Counted from the first letter of the stretch, positions 9,281 to 18,286 are shown. The stretch is DNA of 64,000 nt from a virus (IMGVR_UViG_3300018080_000174:3412-67411), one strand, 5' to 3'. The notes: generated by a model not told the origin, from the letters alone. Numbers and translations: made by a program.

Positions 9281-11207
9281 CTTCGACCCCCAGCGTCGAG
9301 GTGACATCACCCATCGTCATCAGTTCCAGGCGGCGATTGTCTTTCAGAATATCACGAACCCGCTCGTCTGTCGGGAGGTGGATCAGGTCTACGATGGTCG
9401 CGCCCAAGTTCTCATCTGTCCCCATGCGGTGAATCCGATCTTCCGCCTGAACTCGCGATTCGGGATTGAAGTCGTTACTGTAGAAGACCGCCATGCGGCT
9501 CTCAGTCAGAGTCAGACCCATCCCGCCCGACATCGGGTGGGCAGCGAACACGACCCGTTGGTTATTGTGTACGTCGGCCCAGTACGCCAGCGGATCAGCC
9601 TGGTGCAGCGGTTTGCCATTCATGTCGTACACTTTCCAGCCACGACCGTCAACCCGCACGACCGCCCACTTCTGTTTCTGACAGAGCTTGACCACCCGGT
9701 CCAAAGACCCGGTGAAACCAGCGAACACCACCAGCCGACCCTGATCCTCATTCTCATCCAGCAGTTCGACCAGTGCCTTGTCTTTCGGGCAGGGGACTTC
9801 ACGTACTGTTCGGACCTTGTGCGGAACTTCCGCCGTGCCGTCACAGGTTGGGCAATCGACCAACTGTTTCTCCAGCGTGTCCACGTACTCTTGATCCAGC
9901 ATGTCTATCATCTCGAACGTGCGATCTGGATCGAGCGGGTCGCACCAAATCTGCGTCTTGCCGGGCGTGTCGCTCGCGGCACAAACGGGGCAGGGATCGG
10001 TGCCGTCGATTTCCTCGCGGTATTGGAAGCCGTCGCTAAGTTCGCGTAAGGACGTGAGGCCGGTGATCGCATTCGGGGCGATCTTGACAAGAGCCTTCGC
10101 TACGCGATTAGTTGTGGGCGAAGGCTCACAGCGTACCGTGCGATACTGCTTCTCAGGAAGGTCGAGGCAGTCTTTCTTATGAAGTACAAGTACGAGCCCT
10201 TCCAGACGCTCATGCAGATACGAGACTTCATTCTCGCTGGCTTCCCACTTGTGGTAGTCGTCGGCAAACAAGTCTGGGTTGTGCTGCTCCTCATCCGGGT
10301 ACCCGCCACAGACGGCGCACTTAGCTTCGTCGTCCAACCATGTTACCCGCTGCCAGTGCTTACCTTGCGAAGTCTCCTTCTGCACGAAGACGCCGAGCCG
10401 CCATTCAAACGACTTCATATCGCCTTCCTTTAGGAAGCCGGGTGCGGCGATCTCACACTGACTCCACCAATCGACGGGCGACTTGGGCGACGGCGTGCCA
10501 GACATCTCAATCACAAAACCGTCGTTGCCGTAAGCCTCTCGGATTCCATCGGCAAGAGCTTGGGCCGCTTCCGACCGCTTCGCCCGGTGATTCTTCAAAC
10601 GGCTGGACTCGTCAAAGATGACACCGTGCGGCGGCATCTCGCCGGGCACCCAGTTCTTCATCTTCGTTCGGAGGGCCTCATACGTCATCAACTTCAAGTC
10701 GATGCCGGTCAGACCCCACTTCTGAAATTCCCTCTCGACCGCTTTCAGACCGGACTTGGGGCCAACCCACCACCAGTCCGTCTGGCCCGACTTCTCCATG
10801 ATCTCAATAGCGGACAGTGTTTTACCGGTACCCATCTCGGCCGCGAGGATGCAATACTGATAGGTAAGCCCGAAGTCCGACATCAGCCTTTGATGCTGAC
10901 GGAGTGGGCGTTCATACTCGTGCTCCACGAGAGGCTTTTCCCACCGGGCGTAAGGATTCCTACCCTGCATAAAGTCAAGCTGGAACCGATTCCGTGTGCA
11001 ATCTTTGACAGACCAGATTTTGCGTGGGTTGTTATCGTCGTACCCATGCCACCGAGAACCCGCCATCGACTTAATATCGTCCTTCAAGGCGAACGGGCTC
11101 TTGAGGAATTCGATGCGCCCTTTCACCGTTTGAATGGTGGTGGGCACCTTCTTCAAATTTCCAGCCCGCGTCTCAGTGATGAGGTAAATCGTTTCTGGCT
11201 CTGCCAT
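9267..11207 (-). CDS. SNF2-related superfamily 2 helicase
   Basis: AEMGTGKT, FDESS, SGTP, SGGMGLTL, QAEDRIHRMG. Confidence 0.92.
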   Translation of the reverse strand: MAEPETIYLITETRAGNLKKVPTTIQTVKGRIEFLKSPFALKDDIKSMAGSRWHGYDDNNPRKIWSVKDCTRNRFQLDFMQGRNPYARWEKPLVEHEYERPLRQHQRLMSDFGLTYQYCILAAEMGTGKTLSAIEIMEKSGQTDWWWVGPKSGLKAVEREFQKWGLTGIDLKLMTYEALRTKMKNWVPGEMPPHGVIFDESSRLKNHRAKRSEAAQALADGIREAYGNDGFVIEMSGTPSPKSPVDWWSQCEIAAPGFLKEGDMKSFEWRLGVFVQKETSQGKHWQRVTWLDDEAKCAVCGGYPDEEQHNPDLFADDYHKWEASENEVSYLHERLEGLVLVLHKKDCLDLPEKQYRTVRCEPSPTTNRVAKALVKIAPNAITGLTSLRELSDGFQYREEIDGTDPCPVCAASDTPGKTQIWCDPLDPDRTFEMIDMLDQEYVDTLEKQLVDCPTCDGTAEVPHKVRTVREVPCPKDKALVELLDENEDQGRLVVFAGFTGSLDRVVKLCQKQKWAVVRVDGRGWKVYDMNGKPLHQADPLAYWADVHNNQRVVFAAHPMSGGMGLTLTESRMAVFYSNDFNPESRVQAEDRIHRMGTDENLGATIVDLIHLPTDERVRDILKDNRRLELMTMGDVTSTLGVEDAED

Positions 11208-11395
11208 CAGAAGTCTACTTTCAATCGGTTTGTGATTCCTGTAATGTCGTCAACAAGACGATACCGCAAGTCTCGAAGTCGTGGTCGGCCTTGGACGAAG
11301 TTCTTGGCCTTCTTGGCTTTCGTGAATTCTCTTGGCACCCCTTTGGCTGAGGCGATGACGGTCGGCACGTTATCCGGGAAAACAAGCAAGTACAT
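11207..11395 (-). CDS. small basic hypothetical protein
   Basis: ORF coupled (TGATG) to helicase. Confidence 0.6.
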   Translation of the reverse strand: MYLLVFPDNVPTVIASAKGVPREFTKAKKAKNFVQGRPRLRDLRYRLVDDITGITNRLKVDF

Positions 11396-11398
11396 ATC

Positions 11399-11923
11399 TC
11401 AACCTTCCAGAAGCAGGAAGGTGCTATCAGGCTGATCGGCCATGCGAACTCCGTCAAACATCCCGCGCAGGCCCTCTTCAAGTAGCAGTCGGTACATCGA
11501 GTTGTAGGCTTGCCTGACCGTCAAGGCAGTGTTAGTCTGACAAGCTAGTGTGATCGCCCGCTGCCACTGAGCCAGGGTGCCGCACAGGATCGCTGCCTGA
11601 ACTCCGCGTTGGAGGGATTCAGTCACTACGCTTTCAATCCCCCGCGCAGCTTCTAAGATGTCAACCATGTCTCGCTCGTCGGACGCGATTAGGAAGCCCA
11701 CCTGGAAAAGACCTAAGTATGGGCGAGCGAACCGCACTGTTGCAGGGGCTCGTTCATCTTTGAACGCCGCGATGCACGCCAACTGATGAGCAAGCTCTTG
11801 TAGCGGGATGGAAGACGCATCAGCCTCTTTCGCCAAACCGTAGCCCAGCAGTTGCCGGGCCAGCGGTAGGAGGACGTTGAGGTCTACCTTGGGTTTCATC
11901 ACTAAAGCTACGCCAGGAGTCAT
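11399..11923 (-). CDS. hypothetical protein (possible degenerate ThyX-like fold)
   Basis: AILCGTLAQWQRAI loosely resembles ThyX C-terminal strand-helix; no RHR motif. Confidence 0.55.
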   Translation of the reverse strand: MTPGVALVMKPKVDLNVLLPLARQLLGYGLAKEADASSIPLQELAHQLACIAAFKDERAPATVRFARPYLGLFQVGFLIASDERDMVDILEAARGIESVVTESLQRGVQAAILCGTLAQWQRAITLACQTNTALTVRQAYNSMYRLLLEEGLRGMFDGVRMADQPDSTFLLLEG

Positions 11924-12327
11924 TCAGCGGCCTCATCTTCGTCAAGGTCGTCCGCAAGATTGCCAATCCACAGTGCGTCAAAATTCTGCATCGCTTCCTC
12001 TGGGAACTCGCCGTAGGCTTCGACGCCAGACTGTCCGAGAGCGCTGTCGGGGAGGTACTCCCTGTATGCTTCACCAGCGACACCATACGAGCAGACCCAT
12101 CGCATCCCATCATGGTAGACGACTACCGGATACATTCTGCTCGGCCGGAATTGCTGCATTACCAGCCGCTTCTCATATTCAGCGGCGTCGGCCCTCGCAC
12201 GGGCTTCCATGATCTGGAGTGTTTGCAGTGCTTGCTCCGTGGTCAAACTTTCAAGCAAGCCCATTGGCTGGGTCGCACCTTCAACTCGTTTGATCGGATC
12301 AGGGACGTAAGATTCAGACGTGTCCAT
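11920..12327 (-). CDS. hypothetical protein
   Basis: ORF with overlaps at both ends. Confidence 0.7.
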   Translation of the reverse strand: MDTSESYVPDPIKRVEGATQPMGLLESLTTEQALQTLQIMEARARADAAEYEKRLVMQQFRPSRMYPVVVYHDGMRWVCSYGVAGEAYREYLPDSALGQSGVEAYGEFPEEAMQNFDALWIGNLADDLDEDEAAE

Positions 12328-12524
12328 CAGTCTTCCTCCTCAAATTTATCTACTGGTCTCGTGAATCCAGCCCATTCGGCTGCAAACCCAAGACCGATGA
12401 GAAAAGAAAGTGCCGCGCCAATACAGAACAGGACGCTGGCACTGTCATTTATACCGAGCATGGCCCCGTACACGCAGCCCAGGCCCATTGCATAGGTGCT
12501 CAGGATACAGAAAAGTTTCTTCAT
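12327..12524 (-). CDS. small two-TM membrane protein
   Basis: Two hydrophobic segments; AGGAG RBS. Confidence 0.6.
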   Translation of the reverse strand: MKKLFCILSTYAMGLGCVYGAMLGINDSASVLFCIGAALSFLIGLGFAAEWAGFTRPVDKFEEED

Positions 12525-12546
12525 CGTATTTCTCCTAAAGGGTTAG

Positions 12547-12619
12547 CAGCGCGACGGGGAATTGAACCCCGGTGACGGGCCTGAAAAACCCGCGTCCTAG
12601 TCCACTAGACGACCGAGCC
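12547..12619 (-). tRNA. trnE: tRNA-Glu(TTC)
   Basis: GGCTCGG acceptor (pairs TCGCGCT, one mismatch), D arm GTCTAGTGGACTAGGAC, anticodon arm CGGGT-TTTTCAG-GCCCG, T arm CGGGG-TTCAATT-CCCCG; followed by CTA rather than CCA. Confidence 0.88.
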
Positions 12620-12624
12620 ATATA

Positions 12625-12807
12625 CTACTCCTTGCTCAATCTGTCGGCTTCTTCTTGCAAGTCTTCAACACGCTCAATCAGAAAGTCAATCTCCTCTTGC
12701 AAGTCTTTGACTCGGTTCCTCTCCTCTGTGATCGTGTTTGCCGCCAACAATGCGAAAACGCTGAAGGACAGGACGATGGCAATGACAGCGCCGTAAAAGG
12801 TCTTCAT
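12625..12807 (-). CDS. small membrane-anchored coiled-coil protein
   Basis: N-terminal TM then heptad repeat; GGAGG RBS. Confidence 0.6.
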   Translation of the reverse strand: MKTFYGAVIAIVLSFSVFALLAANTITEERNRVKDLQEEIDFLIERVEDLQEEADRLSKE

Positions 12808-12819
12808 CTGAAACCTCCA

Positions 12820-12861
12820 AAGAAAGAAAGTGGGAGGCGGGTCGCCATCGCCCGCCTCCCC
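12820..12861 (-). terminator. Rho-independent terminator after SSB-like gene
   Basis: GGGAGGCGGG...CCCGCCTCCC hairpin followed by ACTTTCTTTCTTT on minus strand. Confidence 0.75.
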
Positions 12862-12873
12862 GAGACTACAAGA

Positions 12874-13599
12874 TTAGCGGGCACGGCGCTTCGTCGCCTT
12901 GGCCTCTTCCTCAGTCACGTTCTGCACGCCGTTGTCCTTAACAGCGACAAACTTCTCCATCTCTTCCCGAATCGCTTCGAGTTCCGGGAGATTGGTGAAG
13001 GGTTCAGAACACTTGCTCACCACCGGCACATGCCAGCCCCAAGAGCCGCTCTTAGCATAGCGGGCTTTCAAGGTGCAGGGCAGAGGTCCGTGCGGCTCCG
13101 TTCCAGTCCGTTCAGCCTTTTCCTTGCTGACCGGAAGGAACTTAATCAAGTTGCCAGACTCGGCTCGGGCCGACTTGCTGCTCATAAAGAACTCAAGGAA
13201 CTGGCCCGTCGCACGCTCAATGACAAGGAAGGAAGGCCCCCAGACGCAGCCACTATCAGATGTGGCCGACCGAGCCTTGATGTCTTTGAAGGCGTCACTG
13301 TCCATATCATAGACAGCAACAACGGCATCCCGATCCGACATGTCCAAAGCCTTGGGCCGGACACACAGGGGGATGATGTCGATCTCAGGTCCGAGATCGT
13401 CAATCTCTTCGCCGCCGGTCAGAGGAATGCCGTAATGGCCCGGCTTGATCTTGCCGGTGTCAACGTACTTTCCCTTCGTGACCAACTGGATACGCTGTAG
13501 AAAGTCAGAACCTTTGGACAACTCTTGAAGCTGGCCGTCCGTTACGAGTTCTGTACTAGGAAGAGATTCAAGGTTCAGGGGTACCAAATCGTTACTCAT
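12874..13599 (-). CDS. putative phage single-stranded DNA-binding protein
   Basis: Size, replication context, beta-rich core with GWHVP end and acidic tail; inference only. Confidence 0.5.
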   Translation of the reverse strand: MSNDLVPLNLESLPSTELVTDGQLQELSKGSDFLQRIQLVTKGKYVDTGKIKPGHYGIPLTGGEEIDDLGPEIDIIPLCVRPKALDMSDRDAVVAVYDMDSDAFKDIKARSATSDSGCVWGPSFLVIERATGQFLEFFMSSKSARAESGNLIKFLPVSKEKAERTGTEPHGPLPCTLKARYAKSGSWGWHVPVVSKCSEPFTNLPELEAIREEMEKFVAVKDNGVQNVTEEEAKATKRRAR

Positions 13600-14546
13600 T
13601 CGTCTTCTCCAAGATTAGGGTGTAGGGTTTCTTGATTTTGCTTTCTCAGTTTTTGCAATGCGCGGCGCTCTTTCCGTCTCCTCTCTGCTGCGCGGGTTTC
13701 AATTTTGTGTCGATCTTCGATCATCCGTTGTTGATCGACTAAACCATCAGGGTCCATGTGCAGCAGCCATGCCATACATGCGTTCCAACCATCCATAGCG
13801 GTTTCCGCCTCAGTCTTCAACAATGTAGGACCGGCGGCGGTCGGCTCCTTAAATTCTGCACGAATCTCCGACATCTTACGGAGATACGGGACAGGTTTCG
13901 GCTGATTGACTCGGTGACTGTCGATGTACTCATTCCGTGAATCCTCCCGAATCTGTTTCAGTAATGCTGTTACGTATCCAGTGAACTCTATACATCCCCA
14001 CGTCTTAGCCAGTTCAGTCACTTGATCTTGATAGCTAAACGGTAACTTAGCTAGGCAGGCGGCGGCTGTTACGGATAATTCGCCCCGGCTGACCATCTTC
14101 TTATGCACGGGCCGCAATTTGTTCATCCGAAGTATGTCCGCTATCCATGAAGGACTTTTGTGGACAAGCCGACTCAGTTGGGTGAGGGTCATGCCGGGAT
14201 TAAGGTGCAAAATCTGTGCCAACCGCTCTGCAAATTGTACCGGCGTGGTGTCTGGTCGAATCCCATTTGTTTCAAGCTGCACAACGAGAACATCGTCGTC
14301 GGATACCTCTCTAATAGTGCAGGCGATGGTGGCCAGACCCAACTGCTTGCAGCAGGTGTATCGCCAGTTACCTTCTATGACTTCATACTCGCCATTGGCC
14401 AGCGGTCGAACAAGGATGGGTTGAAACAATCCTCGATCCCGAATTGAATCCAGCATCTCCGCGTACTCTACACTGTCTGTCCGCACGGGACGGAGTAGGT
14501 ATTTGGGCGACCGGATCAGATCAATATCAATGTGTGCCAAGTTCAT
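13596..14546 (-). CDS. ParB/Spo0J/RepB-family protein
   Basis: SIRDRGLFQPILVRP...YEVIEGNWRY ParB-N box; HTH LTQLSRLVHKSPSWIAD; true start ATG 14546. Confidence 0.88.
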   Translation of the reverse strand: MNLAHIDIDLIRSPKYLLRPVRTDSVEYAEMLDSIRDRGLFQPILVRPLANGEYEVIEGNWRYTCCKQLGLATIACTIREVSDDDVLVVQLETNGIRPDTTPVQFAERLAQILHLNPGMTLTQLSRLVHKSPSWIADILRMNKLRPVHKKMVSRGELSVTAAACLAKLPFSYQDQVTELAKTWGCIEFTGYVTALLKQIREDSRNEYIDSHRVNQPKPVPYLRKMSEIRAEFKEPTAAGPTLLKTEAETAMDGWNACMAWLLHMDPDGLVDQQRMIEDRHKIETRAAERRRKERRALQKLRKQNQETLHPNLGEDE

Positions 14547-14565
14547 GTTGAAGTCCCTCTCCCTC

Positions 14566-14605
14566 TCTACTTCTATATTACGCCAAAATCGAAATCTCGG
14601 CAATG
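14566..14605 (-). promoter_or_regulatory. conserved 40-bp phage promoter, copy 1
   Basis: Identical to 15061-15100 (inverted) and 57816-57855; TTGCCG-17-TAATAT. Confidence 0.85.
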
Positions 14606-14699
14606 AAATCTGGAAATTTTCCAAAGTTTCCTCAGAAGAGGGGTATCTACCTCTGTGCAGGTAGACATAAACTACCTTATAGAGGGGGCAGACTGTTGA

Positions 14700-15005
14700 C
14701 GAGTTTTCGTTCATCAACTCAACTTCTGTACACTACAGGAGCGGGCAAACCCTTTGTATAAAGGGGTTTGCGGAAATCTGTGATGAAACGCTGTGATGAC
14801 GACCAGATATTCTCCTTGGGATTTTTGCATGAAGTTTTTTCTCTGGGGATTTTTCTGAAGTCGTTTATCACAACTTTATCACAACCGAGCGATGAAATGT
14901 TCAATAGTAAGTGAGTTATTGCAAAAAGCACTCTTACACACCCCTCAAAGGTGTGTTGATAAGGTGTTGATGAAGTGTTGATGAACGCCTGAAAGTGTTG
15001 ATTAA
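14700..15005. repeat. AT-rich iteron-like element A (candidate origin or ParB site)
   Basis: GTGTTGAT at 14953, 14964, 14975, 14995; TTTATCACAAC twice at 14864 and 14875; lies between ParB and primase operons. Confidence 0.7.
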
Positions 15006-15060
15006 CGGTAGTACAATCGAATACCTCCTCAGAGGTATACATGAAAAAATTTCCAGATTC

Positions 15061-15100
15061 CATTGCCGAGATTTCGATTTTGGCGTAATATAGAAGTAGA
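15061..15100 (+). promoter_or_regulatory. conserved 40-bp phage promoter, copy 2
   Basis: CATTGCCGAGATTTCGATTTTGGCGTAATATAGAAGTAGA. Confidence 0.85.
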
Positions 15101-15140
15101 AGGGCAGAGCGTTACCTTACCATCTGATTCGGAGGCACCT

Positions 15141-15536
15141 ATGAGACTGCTGGGAAAAGTTCTACTTGCCTTGACACTATTAGTGGGCTCAGCAACGGCT
15201 GGGGAGATAGTGGTTAAGGTTGAGGCCGATGTAACGGCCATCGACACGCAGAGAAGCGGTGTCTACACCGCTGGCGATTGGACCTACTCGTATATACGGA
15301 CACCGTACAAAGGGCGCAGAGAAGGGCGCTGGGGCGTCCTTACCTATAAGGGGAAGGCTCTTGGCTACAGTGCTAAGTTGAATGACTGGCACACGACGCC
15401 TTGGGGACCATTATATTGGTGGGGCGTTAATCCCTTCCCGGTAAGCGGTCGTCACCTCTTCATGCCTGAGCCAAATGAAGGGCTCCCTATGGGCAAACGA
15501 TTGAATCCTGAGACGGACGTATATAATAAGGAATAA
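15141..15536 (+). CDS. putative secreted protein
   Basis: GGAGG RBS; signal peptide MRLLGKVLLALTLLVGSATA; aromatic-rich mature part. Confidence 0.65.
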   Translation: MRLLGKVLLALTLLVGSATAGEIVVKVEADVTAIDTQRSGVYTAGDWTYSYIRTPYKGRREGRWGVLTYKGKALGYSAKLNDWHTTPWGPLYWWGVNPFPVSGRHLFMPEPNEGLPMGKRLNPETDVYNKE

Positions 15537-15537
15537 C

Positions 15538-18285
15538 ATGGCGACGATCCTAGAAGCGTTTGACACCTATTACCGCAACGAAATTCTCCCGCTCCATAAC
15601 AACCCAGAGTTTTTCAACCGCTGGTTGGACAACTTGGCCGACCTGGAGACGCAGTTGCTCGTCTCGCCAGAAGGCGGCTACCCGGAGGAGGGTAAGAAGA
15701 ACGTATGGACTGACGGGTCGGAGACATGGTACAACATCCGTTGGCCAAAGAACGCGATGAACGAGCCTTACTGGAAGGACCGCGAGTTGAACTTCCTTCT
15801 GGAAAAGCACTGGCTCGCTGTGGGCACGACATGGTGGAACTGGCAAGCACGGGAGTCCGTGGGTTGCGGCTTTGACTTTGACGACATTTCTTCGCACGCT
15901 GCTGGGGTCGGGGTTTCCGATCTACAGCTTGAGGAGATTCGGCAACGTGCGTGTGATTTGGACTACGTGGAAGTCTTGCGGTCAACAGGTGGGAAGGGCT
16001 TGCACCTCTACATCTGGTTTGATGAGGCGAACAGGCCGCTCACAGAGAATCACACTGAGCACGCCGCTATCGCCCGCTCCATGCTTGGTAAGCTGAGTAC
16101 GGATGCGGAGTTTGATTTTGGTAGTCACCTTGACGTGTGCGGCGGAAACATGTGGGTCGCCGGGCAGAAAATGTTCGGCACACAGGGATTCGAGTGCCTT
16201 AAAAAGGCGGCCCGCCTTCTTACTGCGGACGACATCCCACCCAACTGGAGGGATCATCTTGCAGTAGTCAGAGGGAAGACCGCGAAGGTACGGGTTGTCG
16301 GGGTCAACGACAGCGGCCAGGAGATTGACGATCAAGACCCGTTGGCCGAATTGACGACGGCACACCCGAAGGTACCACTGGACAAGGACCACAAGGCTAT
16401 CATTTCCGACTTGGAGATGACTGGGTACTCGTGCGTTTGGATTCCCGACCACTCGCTACTGCAAACCCACACCTGCGCTTTGAAACAGGTCTACGAACAG
16501 CGGCAAGAGGCTGGGGAACCACTGCTTGGGTTCTTCGACACAATCTCTCCCGGTACCGATCAAGGTAAGCCCAACTGTTTCTGTATCCCGAAACGCAACG
16601 GCTCCTTCATGGTATTCCGCTTTGGACAAGGGTCCGTCGAACACGATCTGTGGTCGCAAGACCGCCAGGGGTGGACGTGGTGCCACTATAACAAACAACC
16701 TGTATTGGCTGAGGCAGCGACCGCGCTGGGCGGGGCCGAGTTGGAGAACAACAAGGGCTACCGTTTCACCGACGTTGAAAATGCCAAAGCCGTCCTGGAC
16801 GCCTTGGGCTCCAAGCTAATTCTACCGCCGAGTAACAGCTATGCGGAGCGGAGCACAACGCTGCGCAAGAACAAGGACGGGCGGTTGGTCGTGGAGCTTG
16901 AGAGACGTGACAGTGACTCCGGCTTTGAAGGGTGGGACGGTCAGAAGAAGAACAAGTGGATTAAAGTGTTCAACATCATGGTGGACGCTTCCTGCGAAGA
17001 GGATGACTACACCCGCTACGACACGTTGATCCGTTCATGTAGGACTCCATCTAATGCCGACTCTGGCTGGCGAATCTGTGTACGTGGTGGTGACTGGATC
17101 AAACACCCGCGAGAGAATGTGACCAGCGTGCTGAATCTAGCCGCCCCTCCCGACATCCCGCCGCAGAAGATCATGGGGCAGGCTGTCCTTAATCAGTGGT
17201 TGATGGTCTGCAAGCCGTTCCATGAGGAGTACCCTGGCGGTCGGCAATGGAATCTCGGGGCTCCGCAATTGGTGTATGACCCCGCCCGCTTGGACGACGA
17301 AGAGGAGCCTTACCACCCGCACTGGGACAGGGTTCTCGACCACTGTGGCGAGGATTTGGACCCGGTTGTCAAAGAGACTGCGTGGTGCAAGAACTGGGGA
17401 ATTTTCAGCGGTCGTGACTATCTGACTGCGTGGATTTCCTCGCTCATCCAAGAGCCGTTTGAACCGCTCCCGTACCTGTTCATGTACGGGCCGCAAGAGT
17501 CGGGTAAGTCCATCTTCCACGAAGCCATCAGCCTGTTGATGACGGCTGGCGTGGTTGGGGCCGACCGTGCGTTGACCAGTTCCAGCGACTTCAACGGTGA
17601 GCTTGCCAATGCCGTGCTGGGCGTGATTGACGAAGTGAATATCGCAGCCGCCGGGCCATCCGTCTACAATAAGATCAAGGAATGGACGACCGCCCAGTAT
17701 CTCAGCATCCGGCCGATGTACCAGCAGACCTACCAGCAGCGGAACTGTCTGCACTTTGTCCAGACGGCCAACTATCGCGATAACTGCCCGATCTTCCCTG
17801 GCGACACGCGGATCACCGCCATGTACGTCGCCCCGCTGATCGAGGAGATTCCTAAGCCCATCCTGATCCGAGCGTTGGAGGAAGAGGCACCTCACTTCTT
17901 GGCTACGGCCCTTAGCCTCTCACTTCCGGCCTCTAACTCGCGTCTGCGACTGCCTGTTTTGAACACGGCTGGCAAGGACATGGCGGCTGAGTCTAACAAG
18001 AATCCGTTGGAGGAGTTCATCGCGGAGCATTGCTATCCGGTCATTGGTGAGAAGGTGATGTTCAAGAGCTTCTATGAGAGCTTTGTCGAGACGCTGTCGC
18101 CGTTCGAGAAGGCCAGTTGGACTAAGCGGAAAATCCGGCAGAACATCCCGGATGAGTTTCCAATCGGCATCGCGTCTGGCGGGCAACTTCACATTGGAAA
18201 CATGAGCTTCACCGACCGGGAGCCGGAGCCGAACGCCCGGCCATTCAAAGTCAAAGGTCGTCTTCTGAGCGTTGAGGAAGACTGA
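15538..18285 (+). CDS. primase-helicase (AEP/prim-pol N-domain plus D5-like SF3 helicase)
   Basis: FDFDD, RSTGGKGLHLY; Walker A YGPQESGKS, Walker B VIDE, QTAN, DTRI. Confidence 0.85.
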   Translation: MATILEAFDTYYRNEILPLHNNPEFFNRWLDNLADLETQLLVSPEGGYPEEGKKNVWTDGSETWYNIRWPKNAMNEPYWKDRELNFLLEKHWLAVGTTWWNWQARESVGCGFDFDDISSHAAGVGVSDLQLEEIRQRACDLDYVEVLRSTGGKGLHLYIWFDEANRPLTENHTEHAAIARSMLGKLSTDAEFDFGSHLDVCGGNMWVAGQKMFGTQGFECLKKAARLLTADDIPPNWRDHLAVVRGKTAKVRVVGVNDSGQEIDDQDPLAELTTAHPKVPLDKDHKAIISDLEMTGYSCVWIPDHSLLQTHTCALKQVYEQRQEAGEPLLGFFDTISPGTDQGKPNCFCIPKRNGSFMVFRFGQGSVEHDLWSQDRQGWTWCHYNKQPVLAEAATALGGAELENNKGYRFTDVENAKAVLDALGSKLILPPSNSYAERSTTLRKNKDGRLVVELERRDSDSGFEGWDGQKKNKWIKVFNIMVDASCEEDDYTRYDTLIRSCRTPSNADSGWRICVRGGDWIKHPRENVTSVLNLAAPPDIPPQKIMGQAVLNQWLMVCKPFHEEYPGGRQWNLGAPQLVYDPARLDDEEEPYHPHWDRVLDHCGEDLDPVVKETAWCKNWGIFSGRDYLTAWISSLIQEPFEPLPYLFMYGPQESGKSIFHEAISLLMTAGVVGADRALTSSSDFNGELANAVLGVIDEVNIAAAGPSVYNKIKEWTTAQYLSIRPMYQQTYQQRNCLHFVQTANYRDNCPIFPGDTRITAMYVAPLIEEIPKPILIRALEEEAPHFLATALSLSLPASNSRLRLPVLNTAGKDMAAESNKNPLEEFIAEHCYPVIGEKVMFKSFYESFVETLSPFEKASWTKRKIRQNIPDEFPIGIASGGQLHIGNMSFTDREPEPNARPFKVKGRLLSVEED

Positions 18286-18286
18286 C

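Noticed and set aside
9267-11207. Inteins or introns in helicase, primase or terminase
   Set aside because: No intein termini or LAGLIDADG blocks seen; reading frames are continuous
14864-14885. DnaA boxes
   Set aside because: TTTATCACAAC lacks a base of TTATCCACA and fits the phage's own TGATRAA repeat family better
14719-15063. ORFs over element A and the N-terminal extensions of ParB and 15063..15536
   Set aside because: They translate the promoter and iteron repeats (PRFRFWRNIEVE appears in several); real starts with RBS are at 14546 and 15141
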